Part shown: positions 10,681-20,796 of the stretch, piece after piece
How positions within the stretch are numbered: position 1 is the first letter of the stretch
How the letters are laid out: each line of letters starts with the position of its first letter
Source of the DNA: an uncultured virus (IMG/VR IMGVR_UViG_3300025011_000035)
Lineage: Duplodnaviria > Heunggongvirae > Uroviricota > Caudoviricetes
Virus record (IMG/VR): IMGVR_UViG_3300025011_000035
Length of the DNA stretch: 64,000 nucleotides
Reading direction: 5' to 3' (one strand)
Translations under genes and position numbers: made by a program
Notes under the pieces: generated by a model
Database searches by the model: none
What the model was told of the DNA's origin: nothing
The model's input: the letters and a program-made list of their open reading frames with translations, nothing else

Positions 10681-10839
10681 TTATACCTGCCTTTCTAAAA
10701 ATAATTTAATAACCTTTTTTGCTTCATCAACACTATAAAAACAATCTTCTTTTAAAATTGCTACTAATACGTCTTTATTGTAATCTTTGAATTTTTTACT
10801 TTTTATAATTTGATCTTTAGTATATTTTCCTACATTCAT
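10681..10839 (-). CDS. Small conserved-type tail gene upstream of the sheath (52 aa; not in ORF track)
   Basis: Own translation MNVGKYTKDQIIKSKKFKDYNKDVLVAILKEDCFYSVDEAKKVIKLFLERQV; ATGA overlap with the upstream gene; fills the gap exactly. Confidence 0.75.
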   Translation of the reverse strand: MNVGKYTKDQIIKSKKFKDYNKDVLVAILKEDCFYSVDEAKKVIKLFLERQV

Positions 10840-11279
10840 AAGACATCCACCTTTATATGAGTATTAATAGTATAATCTCCCATTTTAACACTAGTAGCTG
10901 GAATTATTTTAGTTGAAGCACTTACATCAACAAAAAAGTGTAAGACATTATCTTGAATATCATGTCTTTTGTCTAATCCCCTTAAATAACCACCTGACAA
11001 ATCAGTAAATAATTCCAATTGTTCATATAGATTTTCAGCCATTGCATGATATTGTTCATTAAGATTTGCAGTATTTTCGTCAAGAAAGAAATGAATGTCA
11101 AACATATATTTAAATTTAAATTTATTTTTCATTTCTTTGGTTGTGTCTTGCTCAATTATTTTAACAAAAAAACAAGGTTCAACCATACCTTGCTTCATTA
11201 ATTCGTCATAAATTTCATAACTTGGATACAATGTTTTCAATGTTTTAATAATTGAATCTTTTAAATTTGTAATTATCAT
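10836..11279 (-). CDS. Tail terminator protein
   Basis: IYDELMKQGMVEPCFFV...FDIHFF...DNVLHFFV; position. Confidence 0.75.
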   Translation of the reverse strand: MIITNLKDSIIKTLKTLYPSYEIYDELMKQGMVEPCFFVKIIEQDTTKEMKNKFKFKYMFDIHFFLDENTANLNEQYHAMAENLYEQLELFTDLSGGYLRGLDKRHDIQDNVLHFFVDVSASTKIIPATSVKMGDYTINTHIKVDVL

Positions 11280-11740
11280 GATATTTCACCTAATAATCTT
11301 TTGAATCTTTTATCCCATTCTGTAGGAACAATATCTTGAATCTCCTTTAGTGAAATTGTTGCCATAAATTTTCCTTCTACCCAACTAGTTTTAGCCCCCA
11401 TCATTACACCAGTATCAGAATTAGGGTTATAAATAAATCTATTTCCCTGCCATTTACCAGGTACAAAATGTTTCTTAACTCTATGACCAAATTCAACATA
11501 AGAAGAATATTCAAGTGGATTAAATAAAATTATATCTATATTTGAACCATTTTTTACAATACTTGACAATGACCATTGTTTTCTCAAATCACCAGTTATT
11601 ACGGGAGTTCGTTTTTTTGTTCTTGAAAGTGCTCTTAATGCCATTTCATAACAAAAATTTTCTATTTCAACATCAATTGTTTCTGATATTTTTTCTAATC
11701 TTTCTGTTAATTCTCTAAATTCTCTAAAATCAAATGGCAT
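11276..11740 (-). CDS. HK97 gp10-family neck protein
   Basis: RTPVITGDLRKQW...NPLEYSSYVEFGHR...WVEGKFM. Confidence 0.85.
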   Translation of the reverse strand: MPFDFREFRELTERLEKISETIDVEIENFCYEMALRALSRTKKRTPVITGDLRKQWSLSSIVKNGSNIDIILFNPLEYSSYVEFGHRVKKHFVPGKWQGNRFIYNPNSDTGVMMGAKTSWVEGKFMATISLKEIQDIVPTEWDKRFKRLLGEIS

Positions 11741-11752
11741 AATATCAACTCC

Positions 11753-12136
11753 TTATGCCCTATCCAGTCTATACAATAGCATCTCTTGGTGTGTTAAATA
11801 TGGAAACGGTTCTCCTGCTTCGTAAGTTTTAATTACTTTACCATTCCTAGTAACTTCTATTCTATCACCAGTTTTAATATCAATATCAGGAGAACAGAAT
11901 AGTTTAATTTCATAAGAAATATTATTTTCTGTTTGTGTTTGGCTTTGAATTGGACTGTTTAATTCCTTTTGACTAATTCTACATTTCATGTTAGCAATAG
12001 TTGGATTTGAACTAACTCCTGTTCTAGTTGCTCCTGCTGTAGTAGTTGTCTTACTGTATCTAAAAACATTTGCTGTATCTGTATATAATTTTTCATACTG
12101 TTTTTTAAGGTAATCAATGGTATTGGAATTCAACAT
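11753..12136 (-). CDS. Head closure / stopper protein
   Basis: CRIS...IKLFCSPDIDIKTGDRIEVT...YLTHQE; position. Confidence 0.75.
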   Translation of the reverse strand: MLNSNTIDYLKKQYEKLYTDTANVFRYSKTTTTAGATRTGVSSNPTIANMKCRISQKELNSPIQSQTQTENNISYEIKLFCSPDIDIKTGDRIEVTRNGKVIKTYEAGEPFPYLTHQEMLLYRLDRA

Positions 12137-12463
12137 TTAGACCACCTCAACATACATGAAGTTTTCCAATTCAGACATATTTTCTTCCAAATATCCAATG
12201 ATATTTTTAGGATTACTTTTTACTTTTATATTGGTATCACCCATATTAATAGATTCCAAACCATCCATAATATCGTCTTTCATCTTCTTAACTATGATAT
12301 CAACTACCAAATCAGCTAATTGAGTAGGAAAAGAAGATAAACCACAAATATTAACTATCCTTCTCTCTAATGCAGAAATATAATAGTTAATTATTGCGTC
12401 TTGATTTGTATCTGTGATACCAAGCAGTAATTTAACCGTTGTTAATATTTCTGCATTAGTCAT
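12137..12463 (-). CDS. Head-tail connector protein
   Basis: VKLLLGITDTNQDAII...SINMGDTNI; position. Confidence 0.8.
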   Translation of the reverse strand: MTNAEILTTVKLLLGITDTNQDAIINYYISALERRIVNICGLSSFPTQLADLVVDIIVKKMKDDIMDGLESINMGDTNIKVKSNPKNIIGYLEENMSELENFMYVEVV

Positions 12464-12475
12464 TTTTACACCATC

Positions 12476-12769
12476 CTATTTGTAAATAATCCATGCATTA
12501 CCTGCTCCACCAAATGTTAATTTAATAGAAGTATTGCATTGAATAGGAGAATTTGAAAAATCAATACCTGTATTGTTAATAACTGCCCATTTTGCAGTAG
12601 TATTATCTTTTAAGGTTACATCATAAGATCCATTAACTAAAATCCTTGCTACTTTACCTGCAATAGATTTAACTGTTTCGGTTGTTGCTCCACTTGCTGT
12701 CACTAATAATGAAGTCCAACCTTTATCTAAATTATTTTCTAAAATCTGAGTTGTCCTTGCTTGACTCAT
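12476..12769 (-). CDS. Small beta-rich virion protein, function unknown
   Basis: ORF with SD inside the head module. Confidence 0.55.
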   Translation of the reverse strand: MSQARTTQILENNLDKGWTSLLVTASGATTETVKSIAGKVARILVNGSYDVTLKDNTTAKWAVINNTGIDFSNSPIQCNTSIKLTFGGAGNAWIIYK

Positions 12770-12877
12770 TTAATTCACCAACTTTCTCTATAGACACAAG
12801 ATTATAAAAAAGGTTTACTTTAGTATACTTATATACTTTTGGTAAACCTTTTTAAATTACATGTCTATTTATATTAT

Positions 12878-13588
12878 TTAAACGGCATCTGCTACTGTGT
12901 AAACCACTTGTAGCATCATCGCAGGAGGATTTGCTGTTGCACCATTAGTCACATTTAAGACTAATTTTTCACCTGCTGATAATACTTTATATGTTGCATC
13001 AACAGTTCCCAAAGAATTAACCGTTCCAACAGAAGGGAATGCTGGCGAAGAATCCCAAGCTGTAGCAACAATTGAATTAGTTCCATCCGTTAATCCAACA
13101 AGACAATTATTAGAATCATCAATACCTGCTGAAGTTCCCAATGGAATAATTGATGCACTCACTAAAGTTACATCAATACCTGCAGGAGCAAAGAATATTA
13201 CTCTATCAGAAATATCAACTCCTGCACCCAAATCTTCAATTTGATAAGTAAAAATATGAGTTTTTGCAGTTGTAGCAACTTTTGCTAAAGTTACATTAGC
13301 ATTTTTAATCTTAGCTGTTTCAATTGCATCATTTGCAACTTTAGCTACATTAATAAAACCATCAGCCATTTTTGCTCTACCTGCTACATCTGCTGTCAAT
13401 GCTCCGTCTGCAATCTTAGCTGTTGCAATAGCACCGTCTGCTACAGTACCAACGGTAACTTCTTTGCTATTTACTCCGTCATGATCATGACCTGCTGTGA
13501 GACTAAAAATTGATTGAAAGAGTCTTTTTATTACTGGATTTCTAATTGAATTAAAATCATATGCCATTTTTATCACTTTCCTTTTCAT
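12878..13588 (-). CDS. Putative head fibre / decoration protein
   Basis: GHDHDG motif and repeated ADGAIATAKI-type decapeptides; directly after the capsid gene (start probably the later ATG, MAYDFN). Confidence 0.6.
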   Translation of the reverse strand: MKRKVIKMAYDFNSIRNPVIKRLFQSIFSLTAGHDHDGVNSKEVTVGTVADGAIATAKIADGALTADVAGRAKMADGFINVAKVANDAIETAKIKNANVTLAKVATTAKTHIFTYQIEDLGAGVDISDRVIFFAPAGIDVTLVSASIIPLGTSAGIDDSNNCLVGLTDGTNSIVATAWDSSPAFPSVGTVNSLGTVDATYKVLSAGEKLVLNVTNGATANPPAMMLQVVYTVADAV

Positions 13589-13640
13589 AGTAGTTAATGG
13601 TATACATTATGTATACCATTACATTAGTTCCTATGGTTAA

Positions 13641-14579
13641 TTAAGAAGTAGCTAGATTCGTAATAGTTCCATGCATGAAGGATGGCCCATGAGCTAATCC
13701 CATTTGACCAAAAATCTGCCCTTCTTCTGCTGCTCCAACTTTAGAAAGTTCTTCATAGAATAAATTTCCTTTTTCTGGAACAGGTTGAAAAACTGGTGCG
13801 ATCATAGACATATCAAATACACCTAATGTTGCTGCTGGCATAAATCTATCGAGTTGAATACCAATTGGCCCAAAATCAGTTTCTATTTTCTGAATGTCCA
13901 ATCCACCTACGTTTACTGATTGAGGAGCATAACCATAAATATTAGAAATTTTCTGCTTTTGGAATCCACCACAGAAAAGAACCATATTCCTAAAATTTGC
14001 TCCATTGGTATACATTTCGAGTAAAAGTGCATCTAACAACTCTTTAGATAAACTTCCAGCAGAAGCATCAACAGTGTTAACAGTACAAAGTTCAATCATT
14101 CCACGAGTTTTGTTTGCCACTCCTGCACTCGTCGCAATCTGATAAGCTCCATTCAAAAACGTAAATTCTGCATCCCTTGCAATCTTTTCTAATGCTCTTG
14201 CAATTTGAAAATCTTTTTCAGAAGGTGCATTATTTAAAGCCCCTGCTGTATTAATTCCACTCAATCTATCTGCATTACTCATTTTTACATATGAAATAGA
14301 TACTTTCTCTTGAAAAATCTGTGTTACATTTTTAGATTGTGCTCGTACATATGAAATAGCTGTTGGAGCTGTCAGACTTGCAGTCTCCGTAATTGCCGGT
14401 TGAGCTGCTGTTTCATGACTATATTGGGAATCTGTAGGGAATTCAAAATTATTGGTCATCATTCCACCAGTGAGTCCACCAATCATTGAGAGAAAAGGTG
14501 TATTAATTGCATCTGAAGTAAATAATTCCCCATTATAATTCGGGAGGTTCCAAACTGTACCTGCTGCTACATTGCTCAT
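13641..14579 (-). CDS. Major capsid protein (DUF5309/SU10-like)
   Basis: TPFLSMIG...NVTQIFQEKVSIS...IETDFGPI...EELSKVG; follows the scaffold gene. Confidence 0.85.
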   Translation of the reverse strand: MSNVAAGTVWNLPNYNGELFTSDAINTPFLSMIGGLTGGMMTNNFEFPTDSQYSHETAAQPAITETASLTAPTAISYVRAQSKNVTQIFQEKVSISYVKMSNADRLSGINTAGALNNAPSEKDFQIARALEKIARDAEFTFLNGAYQIATSAGVANKTRGMIELCTVNTVDASAGSLSKELLDALLLEMYTNGANFRNMVLFCGGFQKQKISNIYGYAPQSVNVGGLDIQKIETDFGPIGIQLDRFMPAATLGVFDMSMIAPVFQPVPEKGNLFYEELSKVGAAEEGQIFGQMGLAHGPSFMHGTITNLATS

Positions 14580-14617
14580 ATTAAATCAATCTCCGTTCTA
14601 TTTTTTATTATTTTTTA

Positions 14618-15310
14618 TTATTTTTTATTTCTTAATGCTACGATCTTATTTTTAAGTGAAATAGCTAAAGGCATATTACTTGCCTTCATTGCTGCCTGAT
14701 ATTCTACCTCTAAACCATCAATTTCAGAGTTACTTTGATTTCCACCCTTTGGAGGAGTATGTGAACGATCTCCAATTCTTGCTTCTACTTGTTTTTGAAC
14801 AAATTCATTAAATACAGATTCAAAATTAGCAATATTACTATTTGTAGTTTCTAAATCAGAACCTAATAGATAATCTGCAAACCTTGCATCTAATTGTTTT
14901 TCTGCAAGTGTTTTAGTTACAGAACCGTGAAGTTCCTTTTTAGCGTATTCTGCTTCTTTTTTAGCAATATCTGCTTTAAGAGTTTCAACTTCAATTTCCA
15001 ATGGTGTTTTTGATGGATTTCTTTTCATTACTTCTTCATTAATTAATTTTTGTAATTGATTAGTTTTCCATGTCTCTAAATGCTTATTTGCATGTTGATC
15101 CTTTGTACTATCCAACCAACTTTTTGCATCTTTATCTTCAGTTAAGAATTTTTGCACACCTTCAACGGTAACTTTATTAAACCCCTGTAGATATGTTTTC
15201 AATTCCTCATTTGAGTCTTTATTAGTATCAATAAATGTTTTAATATCGTTAAATTCCATGTTCTTTCTTCTCCTTTTTTTGCCCTCTTGACGTTTACCCC
15301 AAGAACGCAA
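14618..15310 (-). CDS. Capsid scaffold protein (DUF4355-like)
   Basis: Coiled-coil, LETWKTNQLQKLINEEV...NPSKTP; between minor and major capsid; true start probably 15259 (MEFND). Confidence 0.8.
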   Translation of the reverse strand: MRSWGKRQEGKKRRRKNMEFNDIKTFIDTNKDSNEELKTYLQGFNKVTVEGVQKFLTEDKDAKSWLDSTKDQHANKHLETWKTNQLQKLINEEVMKRNPSKTPLEIEVETLKADIAKKEAEYAKKELHGSVTKTLAEKQLDARFADYLLGSDLETTNSNIANFESVFNEFVQKQVEARIGDRSHTPPKGGNQSNSEIDGLEVEYQAAMKASNMPLAISLKNKIVALRNKK

Positions 15311-15325
15311 TGTTTTGTTAATTTA

Positions 15326-16369
15326 TTATTTTACATATTTTTCTTTCCATGTCTTATAGTCCATACCACCATCAACATAATATGTTTTTCCTTCTGAATC
15401 CCTTGCAATTCTTTCAGGCGTAACTTCATCAGGAAAGAATGGAATAGTTGTTGATCTACAATTAGGTAGCATAGGAGGAAAGTTAGTTCCAACTTGTCTA
15501 TCCTTTAATTTGAATCTCAATCCATCCATTTTTTGACATATATGACTAGTGTAACTATCGAGGGTACTTAAATATTCATATTGATCTACTATTCCACTAG
15601 CAACTAAACCTTCAGCAAAACTTTCATTAGAAATATGATTACTTTCAGTCCTTACTAATCGAATTGCTGAATTATATGAGATATCTAACCTTTTATACAA
15701 TAGTTTAGCTGTATTCTGTCCACTTCTACCTATAGCAAATGATTGTGACATTTCAGTATCTAAAGTTCTTAATAATTTAGACTTATCCTTATAGATCCTA
15801 TCTGAATAATTTTCTTCCAACCATTTACTTTTAACTGCTTTTTCAATAACTGGAACATTAAGCATATCAAAAGATAAACCGATATTAATACCAGTTTGAA
15901 CAGTCCAAATACTTTTATAATAACTATCTTCATAAATATTTTTAAGTAATAATCCAGTATTTAAATCATGTTTATAACTAAGCATTTCAACTTCATGTTG
16001 AATATTTAATTTTAATGATTCAATTCTTCTTACTCTTGCGCGAATACTCATGCTTTCAAGTTTTTTAATGTATGCAGGATCATTAGAATATAATCGTGCT
16101 TCATTAATATACTCATCTAAACTATCTTTAAATTTAGTTATTTCAGATTTACTTAGAAGTTTTTGTGCTTCATTATAACTTATACTATTATTAATTGCAT
16201 ATTTTTGATAAAATACAGATAATTGTTTATCGAAATTATCTTTTGCTTTATTATAAACACTTAACAATGATAAAATATATTCTTCTGCTTTTTTTTCTTG
16301 AGTGATTAAATTAGTTTCTGTTCTTTTTATCCAATATTCTTTACTTGGAAGTGAGGTAATGCTTGTCAT
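15326..16369 (-). CDS. Minor capsid protein, MuF / SPP1 gp7 family
   Basis: RLVRTE...LSTLDSYTSHICQKMDG...FPPMLPNCRST. Confidence 0.9.
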   Translation of the reverse strand: MTSITSLPSKEYWIKRTETNLITQEKKAEEYILSLLSVYNKAKDNFDKQLSVFYQKYAINNSISYNEAQKLLSKSEITKFKDSLDEYINEARLYSNDPAYIKKLESMSIRARVRRIESLKLNIQHEVEMLSYKHDLNTGLLLKNIYEDSYYKSIWTVQTGINIGLSFDMLNVPVIEKAVKSKWLEENYSDRIYKDKSKLLRTLDTEMSQSFAIGRSGQNTAKLLYKRLDISYNSAIRLVRTESNHISNESFAEGLVASGIVDQYEYLSTLDSYTSHICQKMDGLRFKLKDRQVGTNFPPMLPNCRSTTIPFFPDEVTPERIARDSEGKTYYVDGGMDYKTWKEKYVK

Positions 16370-17718
16370 TACTGACCACCACTATTTTTACTATCAAACC
16401 CAAATCCAGAATTAGGAGTAGGGTTTAATTCCATTTCTTGTTCAGCAAGCCATTTTTTATGTTCTAATTCTGGATTATCCACATTACCAAACATAGAAAG
16501 TATTGAAGTTCTAGAATAAACACTTAATAGATTAGGAATAGCATTGGCTAAAGTAGTAATTTCTTTCGGTATATTTAATGTGAATTTTACTTTAAGTAAA
16601 CGATAATCAAATTTTACATTTGCAAAAGTAAAATAATAATCAAGAAATAATTTTAATCGTCTCTTCAAAACAAATTCTAATGCTGAACTCATTAAAGACA
16701 CTTTATTCTCAAGGGCATGTAAACGCTGGCGAAGGGCATCTCCTGAAGTATTACTAGTAGGAGTTTTCACTTCATCTATCATTGATGCTGCACCAAATAC
16801 ATCTTCTTTAAGAGTAGATAAATGTCTATCGACAAATTCTCCTATTTCTTTTGTTACATATTTCATGTCTGCTTTATCGTTTTTAGTATTAACCCAACCA
16901 TTATTAATAACTTCTTGATGAAATTCTTCAGTTGTTCCATTCTCATCTTTTTTAATATTTAGACCTCTAGAAAACATAGTTGCATTACGATTATCATTTA
17001 TTTCATTCTGTACATTACTAAGTGAAGTATTATATGCATCTTGTTCAGTCTTATAATCCTCTAAATTAGCTATAGCATAATCATCAAGTCTTAACTTTTG
17101 CATGGGAACTCTATTAAAATTATGATTCTTTCTTGATAATTCTCTACCTAAACTTAAATTATCTACAGAATAAGTAATAATTTCTTTATCAGTATAAACT
17201 TCCAAATATTTTTTGACTGTATTAGATACAGTCCCTATACTATCAATTGCATCTGCATAAAAATGTAAACCTAATAATACATTCCTATCTGCTGTGCCAT
17301 CCTCTAAAACAAAACCATTTAATGGATTTAGTGCGATACAACCAAATTCTTTATCTGGATTAATATATGATAATTCATAACTTTCACCAAAAATTAAACA
17401 ATATCGTAAAAGTTCTTGATTATGTAATGTTTCCCAAGTAGAAAAATTTAAGTCAATAATATCTGTAGTTGTTTTATTTCCGTCTTTAGGGATATAATTT
17501 ACAGGATTGCTTAAAAGATAAGAGACATATTTATTAATAAATTCTTTATTAAAGTTTTTAACTAATATATCATTACTTCGAGCATCTATCCTTTTATAAT
17601 CACTATAAATATCATGTAAACCAATATAATAATTATGATAAATTCTCTTTGAAATAATATTTAAATTTAATTGTTCAAAACATTTTTTAATTAATTGTAG
17701 TTCTTCTGTTGCTTCCAA
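16369..17718 (-). CDS. Portal protein, SPP1 gp6-like
   Basis: IFGESYELSY...NTSGDALRQRL...FTLNIP; follows TerL. Confidence 0.88.
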   Translation of the reverse strand: MEATEELQLIKKCFEQLNLNIISKRIYHNYYIGLHDIYSDYKRIDARSNDILVKNFNKEFINKYVSYLLSNPVNYIPKDGNKTTTDIIDLNFSTWETLHNQELLRYCLIFGESYELSYINPDKEFGCIALNPLNGFVLEDGTADRNVLLGLHFYADAIDSIGTVSNTVKKYLEVYTDKEIITYSVDNLSLGRELSRKNHNFNRVPMQKLRLDDYAIANLEDYKTEQDAYNTSLSNVQNEINDNRNATMFSRGLNIKKDENGTTEEFHQEVINNGWVNTKNDKADMKYVTKEIGEFVDRHLSTLKEDVFGAASMIDEVKTPTSNTSGDALRQRLHALENKVSLMSSALEFVLKRRLKLFLDYYFTFANVKFDYRLLKVKFTLNIPKEITTLANAIPNLLSVYSRTSILSMFGNVDNPELEHKKWLAEQEMELNPTPNSGFGFDSKNSGGQ

Positions 17719-17726
17719 ATTCTCAC

Positions 17727-19484
17727 CTACTTTCTATATAATCTACTAATATTTAATACTTGTGCAGGTTCATAGACTTCAATTTCTTCAACAATACGAA
17801 TTGCTTCAGCACATACATCTGGAAAATCATCGAATGCAGAAAATTTTACCCCACAAAAATCTTTTAATTGTTGAATTGCTTCCTGATCATCCTCATTAAA
17901 AATCACTTGACCTAAATTAACTTTTCCAACTAAATAAGTGTTAATTTTATCATCTTTATTTTTGTTTTGAGTAAATGATATAATTTCAATGTCTCTATAA
18001 GCAAGAATAGGATCTGCATCAATTAACTTTTGAATTTCTATAGAATCTGCTCCACCAAACGTATTTTTTTCTATAGCTAGACAATTTACTGGATATTCTT
18101 TTAAAAGTTTAATGGTATGTTCAATATAATCTTCATATTCCCTGTTTTGAGTGAATTTAAAGATTTCTCCTTTGCGAATGTATTTTAAATTTGTGTCTGA
18201 GACAGAACATACAGCAAACCCAAAGAAGTCCTTTTTATTACCTTTTACCTTTGTTCTAGTCCCTGCTGGATCGACAACTAAAACCGTTTTGAGAAAATTG
18301 TGAGTTTCAATTTCAAGAGCACTTTCAGTTCTAATTGTTTTGAATTTCTTTTCTCCTAAACCAGTTACATCGTTTTGACATTCTTGAAAGAAAGTTGATT
18401 TATCAGATAGATATTCTTTAGCAAAATCAAAACATTTCCAATAATCCCAAAGCAAAGGAAATTGCATTGAATCGAAGTTTTGCAAATAGAATTCAGTTGC
18501 AGTATCGAGTGAATTTGGATCTTTTTTATTAACTAATAGAGTGTGGAATTCTTTCCATAATCCATTACTGAATAATTCATCAATTTTATCTTTTGTCATT
18601 AATACAGCTTTTTCAATTCTGGATTTCCATATAGGATCATCAATTAATCTAGAATAAAAACATTCTGCATGTTGGACTGTTCCTAAACATATAATTGTTT
18701 GGTTATCTTTCTGCATAGCTTTTTTAGCATCTGCATTAAATGTTCTAAATTTATTTTCTCTTTGCTCATGTGTTTTTGTTTGCTCTGAAGTTTGATAATC
18801 ATCACAAATTAAAAGTTCAATTCTTCGTGAAGTTAATTCATTTTGTTTACCACGAATTGCACCAGAAGCAGAAATTGATTCTATAGCACATTTATTTGTC
18901 AATTGGATCTTTTCACTATTGACTTTATATTTTGTAGTATCAATTAGTTGACCGAATGATTTAATTATGAACTGGTTATCCTTTATATGAGTTTTTATTG
19001 ATGCAAGAAATTGTTCTGCTGTTAATGCTACTGCTGATGCTAAAACCGTGTAATTTTTGAAGGAATTTATTGAACACCAAATAACTAATGGAATAGAAAT
19101 TGTTGAAGTTTTACCATATCCTCTAGGACAAGCATAAACTCTTTCTGGATATTTTTTTATAAGTATAGAATCTTCCAATTCTTGCCATATTTCATAATGT
19201 GATGGAGATAATTTATATTTGTCTGAACCATTTACTAATAAATCTTGAAGATAATATAAATTAAAGAATATGAATGATTTTTTTTGTAAGTTGTGAGCTA
19301 GACCTGACTTTCCCCATAGATTTGAGGAATTTTTTATTAATTCTGATGCTTTTAATTTTGCTGCATTTTTAGGATAATTTAAATCCTTTATTAATTGTAG
19401 TGTTAGGTATTTGTGGAGAATTTGGAGGTTGTATTGATCGTTTTGGGTTTGATTGTTGTCTTGAGTATCTATTTGGTTGTTCAT
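17727..19484 (-). CDS. terL: Terminase large subunit
   Basis: Walker A PRGYGKT, Walker B LLICDD, LGT coupling motif, nuclease VDPA...DDFPD. Confidence 0.93.
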   Translation of the reverse strand: MNNQIDTQDNNQTQNDQYNLQILHKYLTLQLIKDLNYPKNAAKLKASELIKNSSNLWGKSGLAHNLQKKSFIFFNLYYLQDLLVNGSDKYKLSPSHYEIWQELEDSILIKKYPERVYACPRGYGKTSTISIPLVIWCSINSFKNYTVLASAVALTAEQFLASIKTHIKDNQFIIKSFGQLIDTTKYKVNSEKIQLTNKCAIESISASGAIRGKQNELTSRRIELLICDDYQTSEQTKTHEQRENKFRTFNADAKKAMQKDNQTIICLGTVQHAECFYSRLIDDPIWKSRIEKAVLMTKDKIDELFSNGLWKEFHTLLVNKKDPNSLDTATEFYLQNFDSMQFPLLWDYWKCFDFAKEYLSDKSTFFQECQNDVTGLGEKKFKTIRTESALEIETHNFLKTVLVVDPAGTRTKVKGNKKDFFGFAVCSVSDTNLKYIRKGEIFKFTQNREYEDYIEHTIKLLKEYPVNCLAIEKNTFGGADSIEIQKLIDADPILAYRDIEIISFTQNKNKDDKINTYLVGKVNLGQVIFNEDDQEAIQQLKDFCGVKFSAFDDFPDVCAEAIRIVEEIEVYEPAQVLNISRLYRK

Positions 19485-19656
19485 TTCATCACCTTTTTTA
19501 TTTTTGGATTCAAATGCTAGAAAAAAATTGTGAAAATTATTGTAGGTAACTACCCATGGATTTGAGGAATTCCCAAAAGAAGGGCATGGGTATCATATTA
19601 TATTATAATACTATCAATAATACTAATGATTAATAACATATTGGGCCTATATCATT

Positions 19657-19684
19657 GAGTCCGATAACTAACATTATGTAAAGC
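19657..19684 (+). other. dif-like Xer recombination site
   Basis: GAGTCCGATAA-CTAACA-TTATGTAAAGC: 11-6-11 layout; right arm matches the B. subtilis dif arm TTATGTAAACT at 9 of 11. Confidence 0.7.
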
Positions 19685-19887
19685 ACACAATTCAATGAAT
19701 GTTACACAATCCTATTATGTAACATTCACTATAAACGCTACAACCCTACTCTCCCAACGGTTGTAGGGATTTAACATATATCTTACCTATCAAATCAAGA
19801 TTTTAATTGATGCAATGTCTACTGCACACGCACACTGTACATTCATAGTACACATATGATAGACAATTGTACGCTCTACGTGTACAT

Positions 19888-20319
19888 TTATTCTTTACTA
19901 TCTTCATCCCATTTGTCTATACCTTCAAACAATTCTGCATTACTATCTTCAGTGTATTCCTTCTCAGTCACCTCTAGTTTGTTAGCAATCTTACCAATAT
20001 TCCTATTTAATATCTCTTTTGCTGTCTCCATGCGTACATTATCATTCTTAGAATCGCTTAGTAGCTCTGCTAATACGTCAATTGCTGTATCCTGAAGCTT
20101 TTCAAACCGTTTTGTAGCCGATCTTTTTAAAAATTCTGAAATATCCTGTTTACGTTTTTCCCATTCTGCAATAAATGCCTTCTGTTTTTTCCATCTCCAT
20201 ATTTGAGTTCTCTTATATCCAACTTCCTTCTCAATTTCATCGGTTTTATAACCATCTATAAGCATTTGGATACATTTTAACTGAGCAGGAGATAGACTAT
20301 CTTCTTCGCCTCTTATCAT
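19888..20319 (-). CDS. terS: Terminase small subunit, HTH type
   Basis: N-terminal HTH (EIEKEVGYKRTQIWRWKKQKAFIAE), VRMETAKEILNR; upstream of terL. Confidence 0.75.
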   Translation of the reverse strand: MIRGEEDSLSPAQLKCIQMLIDGYKTDEIEKEVGYKRTQIWRWKKQKAFIAEWEKRKQDISEFLKRSATKRFEKLQDTAIDVLAELLSDSKNDNVRMETAKEILNRNIGKIANKLEVTEKEYTEDSNAELFEGIDKWDEDSKE

Positions 20320-20378
20320 ATAATTTCACCCCATTTTCACTTTTGATATGCAACATAAAAAGGGTGAACAATCACCCT

Positions 20379-20684
20379 TTACTTCCTATCACTTTCATTC
20401 ATAAACATTAAGCACATCTTAAAATAATTATCATCTATTGTACTATCAATAATATTAATAATCTTAAATATTTCTTTATCATTATATTTTTCAGCTCTAA
20501 AATTCCTAATAATTCTAATTGTCTTTAAGAAGTTCGTTCTTTCTAATCCTCTTGACAGATACATATCTGATAAAAATTTATGATATTTTATATCTTCTTC
20601 ACAATCATTAAAATTATTAATCAATCCATAATATTTAATTAATATATTACTAATTGATTTTTGGAGAACTTCTTCTAAAAACAT
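20379..20684 (-). CDS. Hypothetical protein
   Basis: ORF with SD GGAG in operon orientation. Confidence 0.55.
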   Translation of the reverse strand: MFLEEVLQKSISNILIKYYGLINNFNDCEEDIKYHKFLSDMYLSRGLERTNFLKTIRIIRNFRAEKYNDKEIFKIINIIDSTIDDNYFKMCLMFMNESDRK

Positions 20685-20796
20685 TTAATACACACTCCAT
20701 TCGTTTTTTTACTTTAATTTATTTACAATAATACTCAATTGACCACTAATATTTAACAAAACAAATAATATACAACCAGCAATAAAATATAACATA

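Noticed and set aside
15326..16369. MuF polymorphic toxin
   Set aside because: The protein ends shortly after the MuF domain, with no toxin extension or immunity gene.
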